Source of the DNA: Nemertoderma westbladi | Lineage: Eukaryota > Animalia > Xenacoelomorpha | Assembly (NCBI GenBank): GCA_032718475.1 | Contig: JAUCBJ010008224.1 | Location: 16,448-80,447, forward strand | Length of the DNA stretch: 64,000 nt | Direction: 5' to 3' | Part shown: positions 22,101 through 37,100 of the stretch, one piece after another | Layout of the letters: every line of letters starts with the position of its first letter | How positions within the stretch are numbered: position 1 is the first letter of the stretch | Notes under the pieces: model-generated | What the model saw: only the letters and a program-made list of their open reading frames with translations | Told to the model about the DNA's origin: nothing | The model's database searches: none | Position numbers and translations under genes: made by a program

Positions 22101-25100
22101 TACCCAACCACTCCAAGTTGGCACGTTCTACCACACAGCAACCTACCCAACCACTCCAAGTTGGCACGTTCTACCACACAGCAACCTACCCAACCACTCC
22201 AAGTTGGCACGTTCTACCACGCAGCAACCTACCCAACCACTCCAAATTGGCACGTTCTACCACGCAGCAACCTACCCAACCACTCCAAGTTGGCACGTTC
22301 TACCACACAGCAACCTACCCAACCACTCCAAGTTGGCACGTTCTGCCACACAGCAACCTACCCAACCACTCCAAGTTGGCACGTTCTACCACACAGCAAC
22401 CTACCCAACCACTCCAAGTTGGCACGTTCTACCACACAGCAACCTACCCAACCACTCCAAGTTGGCACGTTCTACCACACAGCAACCTACCCAACCACTC
22501 CTAGTTGCAACGTTCTAACCACCACGCAGCAACCTACCCAACCACTCCAAGTTGGCACGTTCTACCACACAGCAACCTACCCAACCACTCCAAGTTGGCA
22601 CGTTCTACCACACAGCAACCTACCCAACCACTCCAAGTTGGCACGTTCTACCACACAGCAACCTACCCAACCACTCCAAGTTGGCACGTTCTACCACACA
22701 GCAACCTACCCAACCACTCCAAGTTGGCACGTTCTACCACACAGCAACCTACCCAACCACTCCAAGTTGGCACGTTCTACCACACAGCAACCTACCCAAC
22801 CACTCCAAGTTGGCACGTTCTACCACACAGCAACCTACCCAACCACTCCAAGTTGGCACGTTCTAACCACCACGCAGCAACCTACCCAACCACTCCAAGT
22901 TGGCACGTTCTAACCACCACGCAGCAACCTACCCAACCACTCCTAGTTGCAACGTTCTAACCACCACGCAGCAACCTACCCAACCACTCCAAGTTGGCAC
23001 GTTCTACCACACAGCAACCTACCCAACCACTCCTAGTTGCAACGTTCTAACCACCACGCAGCAACCTACCCAACCACTCCAAGTAGGCACGTTCTAACCA
23101 CCACGCAGCAACCTACCCAACCACTCCAAGTTGGCACGTTCTACCACACAGCAACCTACCCAACCACTCCAAGTTGGCACGTTCTACCACACAGCAACCT
23201 ACCCAACCACTCCAAGTTGGCACGTTCTAACCACCACGCAGCAACCTACCCAACCACTCCAAGTTGGCACGTTCTAACCACCACGCAGCAACCTACCCAA
23301 CCACTCCAAGTTGGCACGTTCTACCACACAGCAACCTACCCAACCACTCCTAGTTGGCACGTTCTAACCACCACCAGCAACCTACCCAACCACTCCAAGT
23401 TGGCACGTTCTACCACACAGCAACCTACCCAACCACTCCAAGTTGGCACGTTCTAACCACCACGCAGCAACCTACCCAACCACTCCAAGTTGGCACGTTC
23501 TAACCACCACGCAGCAACCTACCCAACCACTCCAAGTTGGCACGTTCTACCACACAGCAACCTACCCAACCACTCCAAGTTGGCACGTTCTAACCACCAC
23601 GCAGCAACCTACCCAACCACTCCAAGTTGGCACGTTCTACCACACAGCAACCTACCCAACCACTCCAAGTTGGCACGTTCTACCACACAGCAACCTACCC
23701 AACCACTCCAAGTTGGCACGTTCTACCACAGCAGCAACCTACCCAACCACTCCAAGTTGGCACGTTCTACCACACAGCAACCTACCCAACCACTCCAAGT
23801 TGGCACGTTCTACCACACAGCAACCTACCCAACCACTCCAAGTTGGCACGTTCTAACCACCACGCAGCAACCTACCCAACCACTCCAAGTTGGCACGTTC
23901 TACCACACAGCAACCTACCCAACCACTCCAAGTTGGCACGTTCTAACCACCACCAGCAACCTACCCAACCACTCCAAGTTGGCACGTTCTACCACACAGC
24001 AACCTACCCAACCACTCCAAGTTGGCACGTTCTAACCACCACGCAGCAACCTACCCAACCACTCCAAGTTGGCACGTTCTACCACACAGCAACCTACCCA
24101 ACCACTCCAAGTTGGCACGTTCTACCACACAGCAACCTACCCAACCACTCCAAGTTGGCACGTTCTAACCACCACGCAGCAACCTACCCAACCACTCCAA
24201 GTTGGCACGTTCTACCACACAGCAACCTACCCAACCACTCCAAGTTGGCACGTTCTACCACACAGCAACCTACCCAACCACTCCAAGTTGGCACGTTCTA
24301 CCACACAGCAACCTACCCAACCACTCCAAGTTGGCACGTTCTACCACACAGCAACCTACCCAACCACTCCAAGTTGGCACGTTCTAACCACCACGCAGCA
24401 ACCTACCCAACCACTCCAAGTTGGCACGTTCTAACCACCACGCAGCAACCTACCCAACCACTCCAAGTTGGCACGTTCTACCACACAGCAACCTACCCAA
24501 CCACTCCAAGTTGGCACGTTCTACCACACAGCAACCTACCCAACCACTCCAAGTTGGCACGTTCTAACCACCACGCAGCAACCTACCCAACCACTCCAAG
24601 TTGGCACGTTCTACCACACAGCAACCTACCCAACCACTCCAAGTTGGCACGTTCTAACCACCACGCAGCAACCTACCCAACCACTCCAAGTTGGCACGTT
24701 CTAACCACCACGCAGCAACCTACCCAACCACTCCAAGTTGGCACGTTCTACCACACAGCAACCTACCCAACCACTCCAAGTTGGCACGTTCTAACCACCA
24801 CGCAGCAACCTACCCAACCACTCCAAGTTGGCACGTTCTAACCACCACGCAGCAACCTACCCAACCACTCCAAGTTGGCACGTTCTAACCACCACGCAGC
24901 AACCTACCCAACCACTCCAAGTTGGCACGTTCTACCACACAGCAACCTACCCAACCACTCCAAGTTGGCACGTTCTAACCACCACGCAGCAACCTACCCA
25001 ACCACTCCAAGTTGGCACGTTCTAACCACCACGCAGCAACCTACCCAACCACTCCAAGTTGGCACGTTCTACCACACAGCAACCTACCCAACCACTCCAA

Positions 25101-28100
25101 GTTGGCACGTTCTAACCACCACGCAGCAACCTACCCAACCACTCCAAGTTGGCACGTTCTACCACACAGCAACCTACCCAACCACTCCAAGTTGGCACGT
25201 TCTACCACACAGCAACCTACCCAACCACTCCAAGTTGGCACGTTCTAACCACCACGCAGCAACCTACCCAACCACTCCAAGTTGGCACGTTCTACCACAC
25301 AGCAACCTACCCAACCACTCCAAGTTGGCACGTTCTACCACACAGCAACCTACCCAACCACTCCAAGTTGGCACGTTCTAACCACCACGCAGCAACCTAC
25401 CCAACCACTCCAAGTTGGCACGTTCTACCACACAGCAACCTACCCAACCACTCCAAGTTGGCACGTTCTAACCACCACGCAGCAACCTACCCAACCACTC
25501 CAAGTTGGCACGTTCTACCACACAGCAACCTACCCAACCACTCCAAGTTGGCACGTTCTACCACACAGCAACCTACCCAACCACTCCAAGTTGGCACGTT
25601 CTAACCACCACGCAGCAACCTACCCAACCACTCCAAGTTGGCACGTTCTACCACACAGCAACCTACCCAACCACTCCAAGTTGGCACGTTCTAACCACCA
25701 CGCAGCAACCTACCCAACCACTCCAAGTTGGCACGTTCTAACCACCACGCAGCAACCTACCCAACCACTCCAAGTTGGCACGTTCTACCACACAGCAACC
25801 TACCCAACCACTCCAAGTTGCAACGTTCTAACCACCACCAGCAACCTACCCAACCACTCCAAGTTGGCACGTTCTACCACACAGCAACCTACCCAACCAC
25901 TCCAAGTTGGCACGTTCTACCACACAGCAACCTACCCAACCACTCCAAGTTGGCACGTTCTACCACACAGCAACCTACCCAACCACTCCTAGTTGGCACG
26001 TTCTACCACACAGCAACCTACCCAACCACTCCAAGTTGGCACGTTCTAACCACCACGCAGCAACCTACCCAACCACTCCAAGTTGGCACGTTCTAACCAC
26101 CACGCAGCAACCTACCCAACCACTCCAAGTTGGCACGTTCTACCACACAGCAACCTACCCAACCACTCCAAGTTGACACGTTCTACCACGCAGCAACCTA
26201 CCCAACCACTCCAAGTTGGCACGTTCTAACCACCACGCAGCAACCTACCCAACCACTCCAAGTTGGCACGTTCTACCACACAGCAACCTACCCAACCACT
26301 CCAAGTTGGCACGTTCTAACCACCACGCAGCAACCTACCCAACCACTCCAAGTTGGCACGTTCTAACCACCACGCAGCAACCTACCCAACCACTCCAAGT
26401 TGGCACGTTCTACCACACAGCAACCTACCCAACCACTCCAAGTTGACACGTTCTACCACACAGCAACCTACCCAACCACTCCAAGTTGGCACGTTCTACC
26501 ACACAGCAACCTACCCAACCACTCCAAGTTGGCACGTTCTACCACACAGCAACCTACCCAACCACTCCAAGTTGGCACGTTCTACCACACAGCAACCTAC
26601 CCAACCACTCCAAGTTGGCACGTTCTACCACACAGCAACCTACCCAACCACTCCAAGTTGGCACGTTCTACCACACAGCAACCTACCCAACCACTCCAAG
26701 TTGGCACGTTCTACCACACAGCAACCTACCCAACCACTCCAAGTTGGCACGTTCTACCACACAGCAACCTACCCAACCACTCCAAGTTGGCACGTTCTAA
26801 CCACCACGCAGCAACCTACCCAACCACTCCAAGTTGGCACGTTCTAACCACCACGCAGCAACCTACCCAACCACTCCAAGTTGGCACGTTCTAACCACCA
26901 CGCAGCAACCTACCCAACCACTCCAAGTTGGCACGTTCTACCACACAGCAACCTACCCAACCACTCCAAGTTGGCACGTTCTACCACACAGCAACCTACC
27001 CAACCACTCCAAGTTGGCACGTTCTACCACACAGCAACCTACCCAACCACTCCAAGTTGGCACGTTCTACCACACAGCAACCTACCCAACCACTCCAAGT
27101 TGGCACGTTCTACCACACAGCAACCTACCCAACCACTCCAAGTTGGCACGTTCTACCACACAGCAACCTACCCAACCACTCCAAGTTGGCACGTTCTACC
27201 ACACAGCAACCTACCCAACCACTCCAAGTTGGCACGTTCTAACCACCACGCAGCAACCTACCCAACCACTCCAAGTTGGCACGTTCTAACCACCACGCAG
27301 CAACCTACCCAACCACTCCAAGTTGGCACGTTCTAACCACCACGCAGCAACCTACCCAACCACTCCAAGTTGGCACGTTCTAACCACCACGCAGCAACCT
27401 ACCCAACCACTCCAAGTTGGCACGTTCTAACCACCACGCAGCAACCTACCCAACCACTCCAAGTTGGCACGTTCTAACCACCACGCAGCAACCTACCCAA
27501 CCACTCCAAGTTGGCACGTTCTACCACACAGCAACCTACCCAACCACTCCAAGTTGGCACGTTCTAACCACCACGCAGCAACCTACCCAACCACTCCAAG
27601 TTGGCACGTTCTACCACACAGCAACCTACCCAACCACTCCAAGTTGGCACGTTCTACCACACAGCAACCTACCCAACCACTCCAAGTTGGCACGTTCTAA
27701 CCACCACGCAGCAACCTACCCAACCACTCCAAGTTGGCACGTTCTACCACACAGCAACCTACCCAACCACTCCAAGTTGGCACGTTCTAACCACCACGCA
27801 GCAACCTACCCAACCACTCCAAGTTGGCACGTTCTAACCACCACGCAGCAACCTACCCAACCACTCCAAGTTGGCACGTTCTACCACACAGCAACCTACC
27901 CAACCACTCCAAGTTGGCACGTTCTAACCACACAGCAACCTACCCAACCACTCCAAGTTGGCACGTTCTAACCACCACGCAGCAACCTACCCAACCACTC
28001 CAAGTTGGCACGTTCTACCACACAGCAACCTACCCAACCACTCCAAGTTGGCACGTTCTAACCACCACGCAGCAACCTACCCAACCACTCCAAGTTGGCA

Positions 28101-31100
28101 CGTTCTACCACACAGCAACCTACCCAACCACTCCAAGTTGGCACGTTCTAACCACCACGCAGCAACCTACCCAACCACTCCAAGTTGGCACGTTCTAACC
28201 ACCACGCAGCAACCTACCCAACCACTCCAAGTTGGCACGTTCTAACCACCACGCAGCAACCTACCCAACCACTCCAAGTTGGCACGTTCTACCACACAGC
28301 AACCTACCCAACCACTCCAAGTTGGCACGTTCTAACCACCACGCAGCAACCTACCCAACCACTCCAAGTTGGCACGTTCTACCACACAGCAACCTACCCA
28401 ACCACTCCAAGTTGGCACGTTCTAACCACCACGCAGCAACCTACCCAACCACTCCAAGTTGGCACGTTCTAACCACCACGCAGCAACCTACCCAACCACT
28501 CCAAGTTGGCACGTTCTAACCACCACGCAGCAACCTACCCAACCACTCCAAGTTGGCACGTTCTACCACACAGCAACCTACCCAACCACTCCAAGTTGGC
28601 ACGTTCTACCACACAGCAACCTACCCAACCACTCCAAGTTGGCACGTTCTAACCACCACGCAGCAACCTACCCAACCACTCCAAGTTGGCACGTTCTACC
28701 ACACAGCAACCTACCCAACCACTCCAAGTTGGCACGTTCTACCACACAGCAACCTACCCAACCACTCCAAGTTGGCACGTTCTAACCACCACGCAGCAAC
28801 CTACCCAACCACTCCAAGTTGGCACGTTCTAACCACCACGCAGCAACCTACCCAACCACTCCAAGTTGGCACGTTCTACCACACAGCAACCTACCCAACC
28901 ACTCCTAGTTGCAACGTTCTAACCACCACGCAGCAACCTACCCAACCACTCCAAGTTGGCACGTTCTACCACACAGCAACCTACCCAACCACTCCTAGTT
29001 GCAACGTTCTACCACACAGCAACCTACCCAACCACTCCAAGTTGGCACGTTCTACCACACAGCAACCTACCCAACCACTCCAAGTTGGCACGTTCTAACC
29101 ACCACGCAGCAACCTACCCAACCACTCCAAGTTGGCACGTTCTACCACACAGCAACCTACCCAACCACTCCAAGTTGGCACGTTCTACCACACAGCAACC
29201 TACCCAACCACTCCAAGTTGGCACGTTCTAACCACCACGCAGCAACCTACCCAACCACTCCAAGTTGGCACGTTCTACCACACAGCAACCTACCCAACCA
29301 CTCCAAGTTGGCACGTTCTACCACACAGCAACCTACCCAACCACTCCTAGTTGCAACGTTCTAACCACCACGCAGCAACCTACCCAACCACTCCAAGTTG
29401 GCACGTTCTACCACACAGCAACCTACCCAACCACTCCTAGTTGCAACGTTCTACCACACAGCAACCTACCCAACCACTCCAAGTTGGCACGTTCTACCAC
29501 ACAGCAACCTACCCAACCACTCCAAGTTGGCACGTTCTACCACAGCAGCAACCTACCCAACCACTCCAAGTTGGCACGTTCTACCACACAGCAACCTACC
29601 CAACCACTCCAAGTTGGCACGTTCTACCACACAGCAACCTACCCAACCACTCCTAGTTGGCACGTTCTACCACACAGCAACCTACCCAACCACTCCAAGT
29701 TGGCACGTTCTACCACACAGCAACCTACCCAACCACTCCAAGTTGGCACGTTCTACCACACAGCAACCTACCCAACCACTCCAAGTAGGCACGTTCTAAC
29801 CACCACGCAGCAACCTACCCAACCACTCCAAGTTGGCACGTTCTACCACACAGCAACCTACCCAACCACTCCTAGTTGCAACGTTCTACCACACAGCAAC
29901 CTACCCAACCACTCCTAGTTGGCACGTTCTAACCACCACGCAGCAACCTACCCAACCACTCCAAGTTGGCACGTTCTACCACACAGCAACCTACCCAACC
30001 ACTCCAAGTTGGCACGTTCTACCACACAGCAACCTACCCAACCACTCCTAGTTGCAACGTTCTACCACACAGCAACCTACCCAACCACTCCAAGTTGACA
30101 CGTTCTACCACACAGCAACCTACCCAACCACTCCAAGTTGGCACGTTCTACCACACAGCAACCTACCCAACCACTCCAAGTAGGCACGTTCTAACCACCA
30201 CGCAGCAACCTACCCAACCACTCCAAGTTGGCACGTTCTACCACACAGCAACCTACCCAACCACTCCAAGTTGGCACGTTCTAACCACACAGCAACCTAC
30301 CCAACCACTCCAAGTTGGCACGTTCTACCACACAGCAACCTACCCAACCACTCCAAGTTGGCACGTTCTACCACACAGCAACCTACCCAACCACTCCTAG
30401 TTGCAACGTTCTAACCACCACGCAGCAACCTACCCAACCACTCCAAGTTGGCACGTTCTACCACACAGCAACCTACCCAACCACTCCTAGTTGCAACGTT
30501 CTAACCACCACGCAGCAACCTACCCAACCACTCCAAGTTGGCACGTTCTACCACACAGCAACCTACCCAACCACTCCTAGTTGCAACGTTCTAACCACCA
30601 CGCAGCAACCTACCCAACCACTCCAAGTTGGCACGTTCTACCACACAGCAACCTACCCAACCACTCCTAGTTGCAACGTTCTAACCACCACGCAGCAACC
30701 TACCCAACCACTCCAAGTTGGCACGTTCTACCACACAGCAACCTACCCAACCACTCCTAGTTGCAACGTTCTAACCACCACACAGCAACCTACCCAACCA
30801 CTCCAAGTTGGCACGTTCTACCACACAGCAACCTACCCAACCACTCCTAGTTGCAACGTTCTAACCACCACGCAGCAACCTACCCAACCACTCCAAGTTG
30901 GCACGTTCTACCACACAGCAACCTACCCAACCACTCCAAGTTGGCACGTTCTACCACACAGCAACCTACCCAACCACTCCAAGTTGGCACGTTCTAACCA
31001 CCACGCAGCAACCTACCCAACCACTCCAAGTTGGCACGTTCTACCACACAGCAACCTACCCAACCACTCCAAGTTGACACGTTCTACCACACAGCAACCT

Positions 31101-34100
31101 ACCCAACCACTCCAAGTTGACACGTTCTACCACACAGCAACCTACCCAACCACTCCAAGTTGGCACGTTCTGCCACACAGCAACCTACCCAACCACTCCA
31201 AGTTGGCACGTTCTGCCACACAGCAACCTACCCAACCACTCCAAGTTGGCACGTTCTACCACACAGCAACCTACCCAACCACTCCAAGTTGGCACGTTCT
31301 ACCGCACAGCAACCTACCCAACCACTCCAAGTTGGCACGTTCTACCACACAGCAACCTACCCAACCACTCCAAGTTGACACGTTCTACCACACAGCAACC
31401 TACCCAACCACTCCAAGTTGGCACGTTCTGCCACACAGCAACCTACCCAACCACTCCAAGTTGGCACGTTCTGCCACACAGCAACCTACCCAACCACTCC
31501 AAGTTGGCACGTTCTACCACACAGCAACCTACCCAACCACTCCAAGTTGGCACGTTCTAACCACCACGCAGCAACCTACCCAACCACTCCAAGTTGGCAC
31601 GTTCTACCACACAGCAACCTACCCAACCACTCCAAGTTGACACGTTCTACCACACAGCAACCTACCCAACCACTCCAAGTTGCAACGTTCTAACCACCAC
31701 ACAGCAACCTACCCAACCACTCCAAGTTGGCACGTTCTAACCACCACGCAGCAACCTACCCAACCACTCCAAGTTGGCACGTTCTACCACACAGCAACCT
31801 ACCCAACCACTCCAAGTTGGCACGTTCTACCACACAGCAACCTACCCAACCACTCCAAGTTGGCACGTTCTACCACACAGCAACCTACACAACCACTCCT
31901 AGTTGCAACGTTCTAACCACCACGCAGCAACCTACCCAACCACTCCAAGTTGGCACATTCTACCACACAGCAACCTACCCAACCACTCCAAGTAGGCACG
32001 TTCTGCCACACAGCAACCTACCCAACCACTCCTAGTTGCAACGTTCTACCACACAGCAACCTACCCAACCACTCCAAGTTGGCACGTTCTACCACACAGC
32101 AACCTACCCAACCACTCCTAGTTGACACGTTCTAACCACCACGCAGCAACCTACCCAACCACTCCAAGTTGACACGTTCTAACCACCACGCAGCAACCTA
32201 CCCAACCACTCCAAGTTGGCACGTTCTAACCACCACACAGCAACCTACCCAACCACTCCTAGTTGGCACGTTCTAACCACCACGCAGCAACCTACCCAAC
32301 CACTCCAAGTAGGCACGTTCTACCACACAGCAACCTACCCAACCACTCCAAGTTGGCACGTTCTACCACACAGCAACCTACCCAACCACTCCTAGTTGGC
32401 ACGTTCTACCACACAGCAACCTACCCAACCACTCCAAGTTGGCACGTTCTACCACACAGCAACCTACCCAACCACTCCAAGTTGGCACGTTCTAACCACC
32501 ACGCAGCAACCTACCCAACCACTCCAAGTTGGCACGTTCTACCACACAGCAACCTACCCAACCACTCCAAGTTGACACGTTCTACCACACAGCAACCTAC
32601 CCAACCACTCCAAGTTGACACGTTCTACCACACAGCAACCTACCCAACCACTCCAAGTTGGCACGTTCTGCCACACAGCAACCTACCCAACCACTCCAAG
32701 TTGGCACGTTCTAACCACCACGCAGCAACCTACCCAACCACTCCAAGTTGGCACGTTCTACCACACAGCAACCTACCCAACCACTCCAAGTTGACACGTT
32801 CTACCACACAGCAACCTACCCAACCACTCCAAGTTGGCACGTTCTACCACACAGCAACCTACCCAACCACTCCTAGTTGGCACGTTCTACCACACAGCAA
32901 CCTACCCAACCACTCCTAGTTGGCACGTTCTAACCACCACGCAGCAACCTACCCAACCACTCCAAGTTGGCACGTTCTAACCACCACACAGCAACCTACC
33001 CAACCACTCCAAGTTGGCACGTTCTACCACACAGCAACCTACCCAACCACTCCAAGTTGGCACGTTCTACCACACAGCAACCTACCCAACCACTCCAAGT
33101 TGGCACGTTCTACCACACAGCAACCTACCCAACCACTCCAAGTTGGCACGTTCTACCACACAGCAACCTACCCAACCACTCCAAGTTGGCACGTTCTACC
33201 ACACAGCAACCTACCCAACCACTCCAAGTTGGCACGTTCTACCACACAGCAACCTACCCAACCACTCCAAGTTGGCACGTTCTACCACACAGCAACCTAC
33301 CCAACCACTCCAAGTTGGCACGTTCTACCACACAGCAACCTACCCAACCACTCCAAGTTGGCACGTTCTACCACACAGCAACCTACCCAACCACTCCAAG
33401 TTGGCACGTTCTACCACACAGCAACCTACCCAACCACTCCTAGTTGGCACGTTCTAACCACCACGCAGCAACCTACCCAACCACTCCAAGTAGGCACGTT
33501 CTACCACACAGCAACCTACCCAACCACTCCAAGTTGGCACGTTCTACCACACAGCAACCTACCCAACCACTCCAAGTTGGCACGTTCTACCACACAGCAA
33601 CCTACCCAACCACTCCAAGTTGGCACGTTCTACCACACAGCAACCTACCCAACCACTCCAAGTTGGCACGTTCTACCACACAGCAACCTACCCAACCACT
33701 CCTAGTTGGCACGTTCTAACCACCACGCAGCAACCTACCCAACCACTCCAAGTTGGCACGTTCTACCACACAGCAACCTACCCAACCACTCCAAGTTGCA
33801 ACGTTCTAACCACCACGCAGCAACCTACCCAACCACTCCAAGTTGGCACGTTCTACCACACAGCAACCTACCCAACCACTCCAAGTTGGCACGTTCTACC
33901 ACACAGCAACCTACCCAACCACTCCTAGTTGGCACGTTCTACCACACAGCAACCTACCCAACCACTCCAAGTAGGCACGTTCTACCACACAGCAACCTAC
34001 CCAACCACTCCAAGTTGGCACGTTCTACCACACAGCAACCTACCCAACCACTCCAAGTTGGCACGTTCTACCACACAGCAACCTACCCAACCACTCCAAG

Positions 34101-37100
34101 TTGGCACGTTCTACCACACAGCAACCTACCCAACCACTCCAAGTTGGCACGTTCTACCACACAGCAACCTACCCAACCACTCCAAGTTGGCACGTTCTAC
34201 CACACAGCAACCTACCCAACCACTCCTAGTTGGCACGTTCTAACCACCACGCAGCAACCTACCCAACCACTCCAAGTAGGCACGTTCTACCACACAGCAA
34301 CCTACCCAACCACTCCAAGTTGCAACGTTCTAACCACCACGCAGCAACCTACCCAACCACTCCAAGTTGGCACGTTCTACCACACAGCAACCTACCCAAC
34401 CACTCCAAGTTGACACGTTCTACCACACAGCAACCTACCCAACCACTCCAAGTTGGCACGTTCTACCACACAGCAACCTACCCAACCACTCCAAGTTGGC
34501 ACGTTCTACCACACAGCAACCTACCCAACCACTCCAAGTTGGCACGTTCTAACCACCACGCAGCAACCTACCCAACCACTCCAAGTTGGCACGTTCTACC
34601 ACACAGCAACCTACCCAACCACTCCAAGTTGACACGTTCTACCACACAGCAACCTACCCAACCACTCCAAGTTGGCACGTTCTACCACACAGCAACCTAC
34701 CCAACCACTCCAAGTTGGCACGTTCTACCACACAGCAACCTACCCAACCACTCCAAGTTGGCACGTTCTACCACACAGCAACCTACCCAACCACTCCAAG
34801 TTGGCACGTTCTACCACACAGCAACCTACCCAACCACTCCAAGTTGGCACGTTCTAACCACCACGCAGCAACCTACCCAACCACTCCAAGTTGGCACGTT
34901 CTACCACACAGCAACCTACCCAACCACTCCAAGTTGGCACGTTCTACCACACAGCAACCTACCCAACCACTCCAAGTTGGCACGTTCTACCACACAGCAA
35001 CCTACCCAACCACTCCAAGTTGGCACGTTCTACCACACAGCAACCTACCCAACCACTCCAAGTTGGCACGTTCTACCACACAGCAACCTACCCAACCACT
35101 CCTAGTTGGCACGTTCTAACCACCACGCAGCAACCTACCCAACCACTCCAAGTTGGCACGTTCTACCACACAGCAACCTACCCAACCACTCCAAGTTGGC
35201 ACGTTCTACCACACAGCAACCTACCCAACCACTCCAAGTTGGCACGTTCTAACCACCACCAGCAACCTACCCAACCACTCCAAGTTGGCACGTTCTAACC
35301 ACCACCAGCAACCTACCCAACCACTCCAAGTTGGCACGTTCTACCACACAGCAACCTACCCAACCACTCCAAGTTGGCACGTTCTAACCACCACGCAGCA
35401 ACCTACCCAACCACTCCTAGTTGGCACGTTCTAACCACCACGCAGCAACCTACCCAACCACTCCAAGTTGGCACGTTCTACCACACAGCAACCTACCCAA
35501 CCACTCCAAGTTGGCACGTTCTACCACACAGCAACCTACCCAACCACTCCTAGTTGGCACGTTCTAACCACCACGCAGCAACCTACCCAACCACTCCAAG
35601 TAGGCACGTTCTACCACACAGCAACCTACCCAACCACTCCAAGTTGGCACGTTCTACCACACAGCAACCTACCCAACCACTCCAAGTAGGCACGTTCTAC
35701 CACACAGCAACCTACCCAACCACTCCAAGTTGGCACGTTCTACCACACAGCAACCTACCCAACCACTCCAAGTTGGCACGTTCTACCACACAGCAACCTA
35801 CCCAACCACTCCAAGTTGGCACGTTCTACCACACAGCAACCTACCCAACCACTCCAAGTAGGCACGTTCTACCACACAGCAACCTACCCAACCACTCCAA
35901 GTTGGCACGTTCTAACCACCACGCAGCAACCTACCCAACCACTCCAAGTTGGCACGTTCTACCACACAGCAACCTACCCAACCACTCCAAGTTGGCACGT
36001 TCTACCACACAGCAACCTACCCAACCACTCCAAGTAGGCACGTTCTACCACACAGCAACCTACCCAACCACTCCAAGTTGGCACGTTCTACCACACAGCA
36101 ACCTACCCAACCACTCCAAGTTGGCACGTTCTACCACACAGCAACCTACCCAACCACTCCAAGTTGGCACGTTCTACCACACAGCAACCTACCCAACCAC
36201 TCCAAGTTGGCACGTTCTACCACACAGCAACCTACCCAACCACTCCAAGTTGGCACGTTCTACCACACAGCAACCTACCCAACCACTCCAAGTAGGCACG
36301 TTCTACCACACAGCAACCTACCCAACCACTCCTAGTTGGCACGTTCTACCACACAGCAACCTACCCAACCACTCCAAGTTGGCACGTTCTACCACACAGC
36401 AACCTACCCAACCACTCCTAGTTGCAACGTTCTAACCACCACGCAGCAACCTACCCAACCACTCCAAGTTGCACGTTCTACCACACAGCAACCTACCCAA
36501 CCACTCCTAGTTGCAACGTTCTAACCACCACGCAGCAACCTACCCAACCACTCCAAGTTGGCACGTTCTACCACACAGCAACCTACCCAACCACTCCAAG
36601 TTGGCACGTTCTACCACACAGCAACCTACCCAACCACTCCTAGTTGGCACGTTCTAACCACCACGCAGCAACCTACCCAACCACTCCAAGTTGGCACGTT
36701 CTACCACACAGCAACCTACCCAACCACTCCTAGTTGCAACGTTCTAACCACCACGCAGCAACCTACCCAACCACTCCAAGTTGCAACGTTCTACCACACA
36801 GCAACCTACCCAACCACTCCTAGTTGCAACGTTCTAACCACCACGCAGCAACCTACCCAACCACTCCAAGTAGGCACGTTCTACCACACAGCAACCTACC
36901 CAACCACTCCAAGTTGGCACGTTCTACCACACAGCAACCTACCCAACCACTCCAAGTAGGCACGTTCTACCACACAGCAACCTACCCAACCACTCCAAGT
37001 AGGCACGTTCTACCACACAGCAACCTACCCAACCACTCCTAGTTGCAACGTTCTACCACCACGCAGCAACCTACCCAACCACTCCTAGTTGCAACGTTCT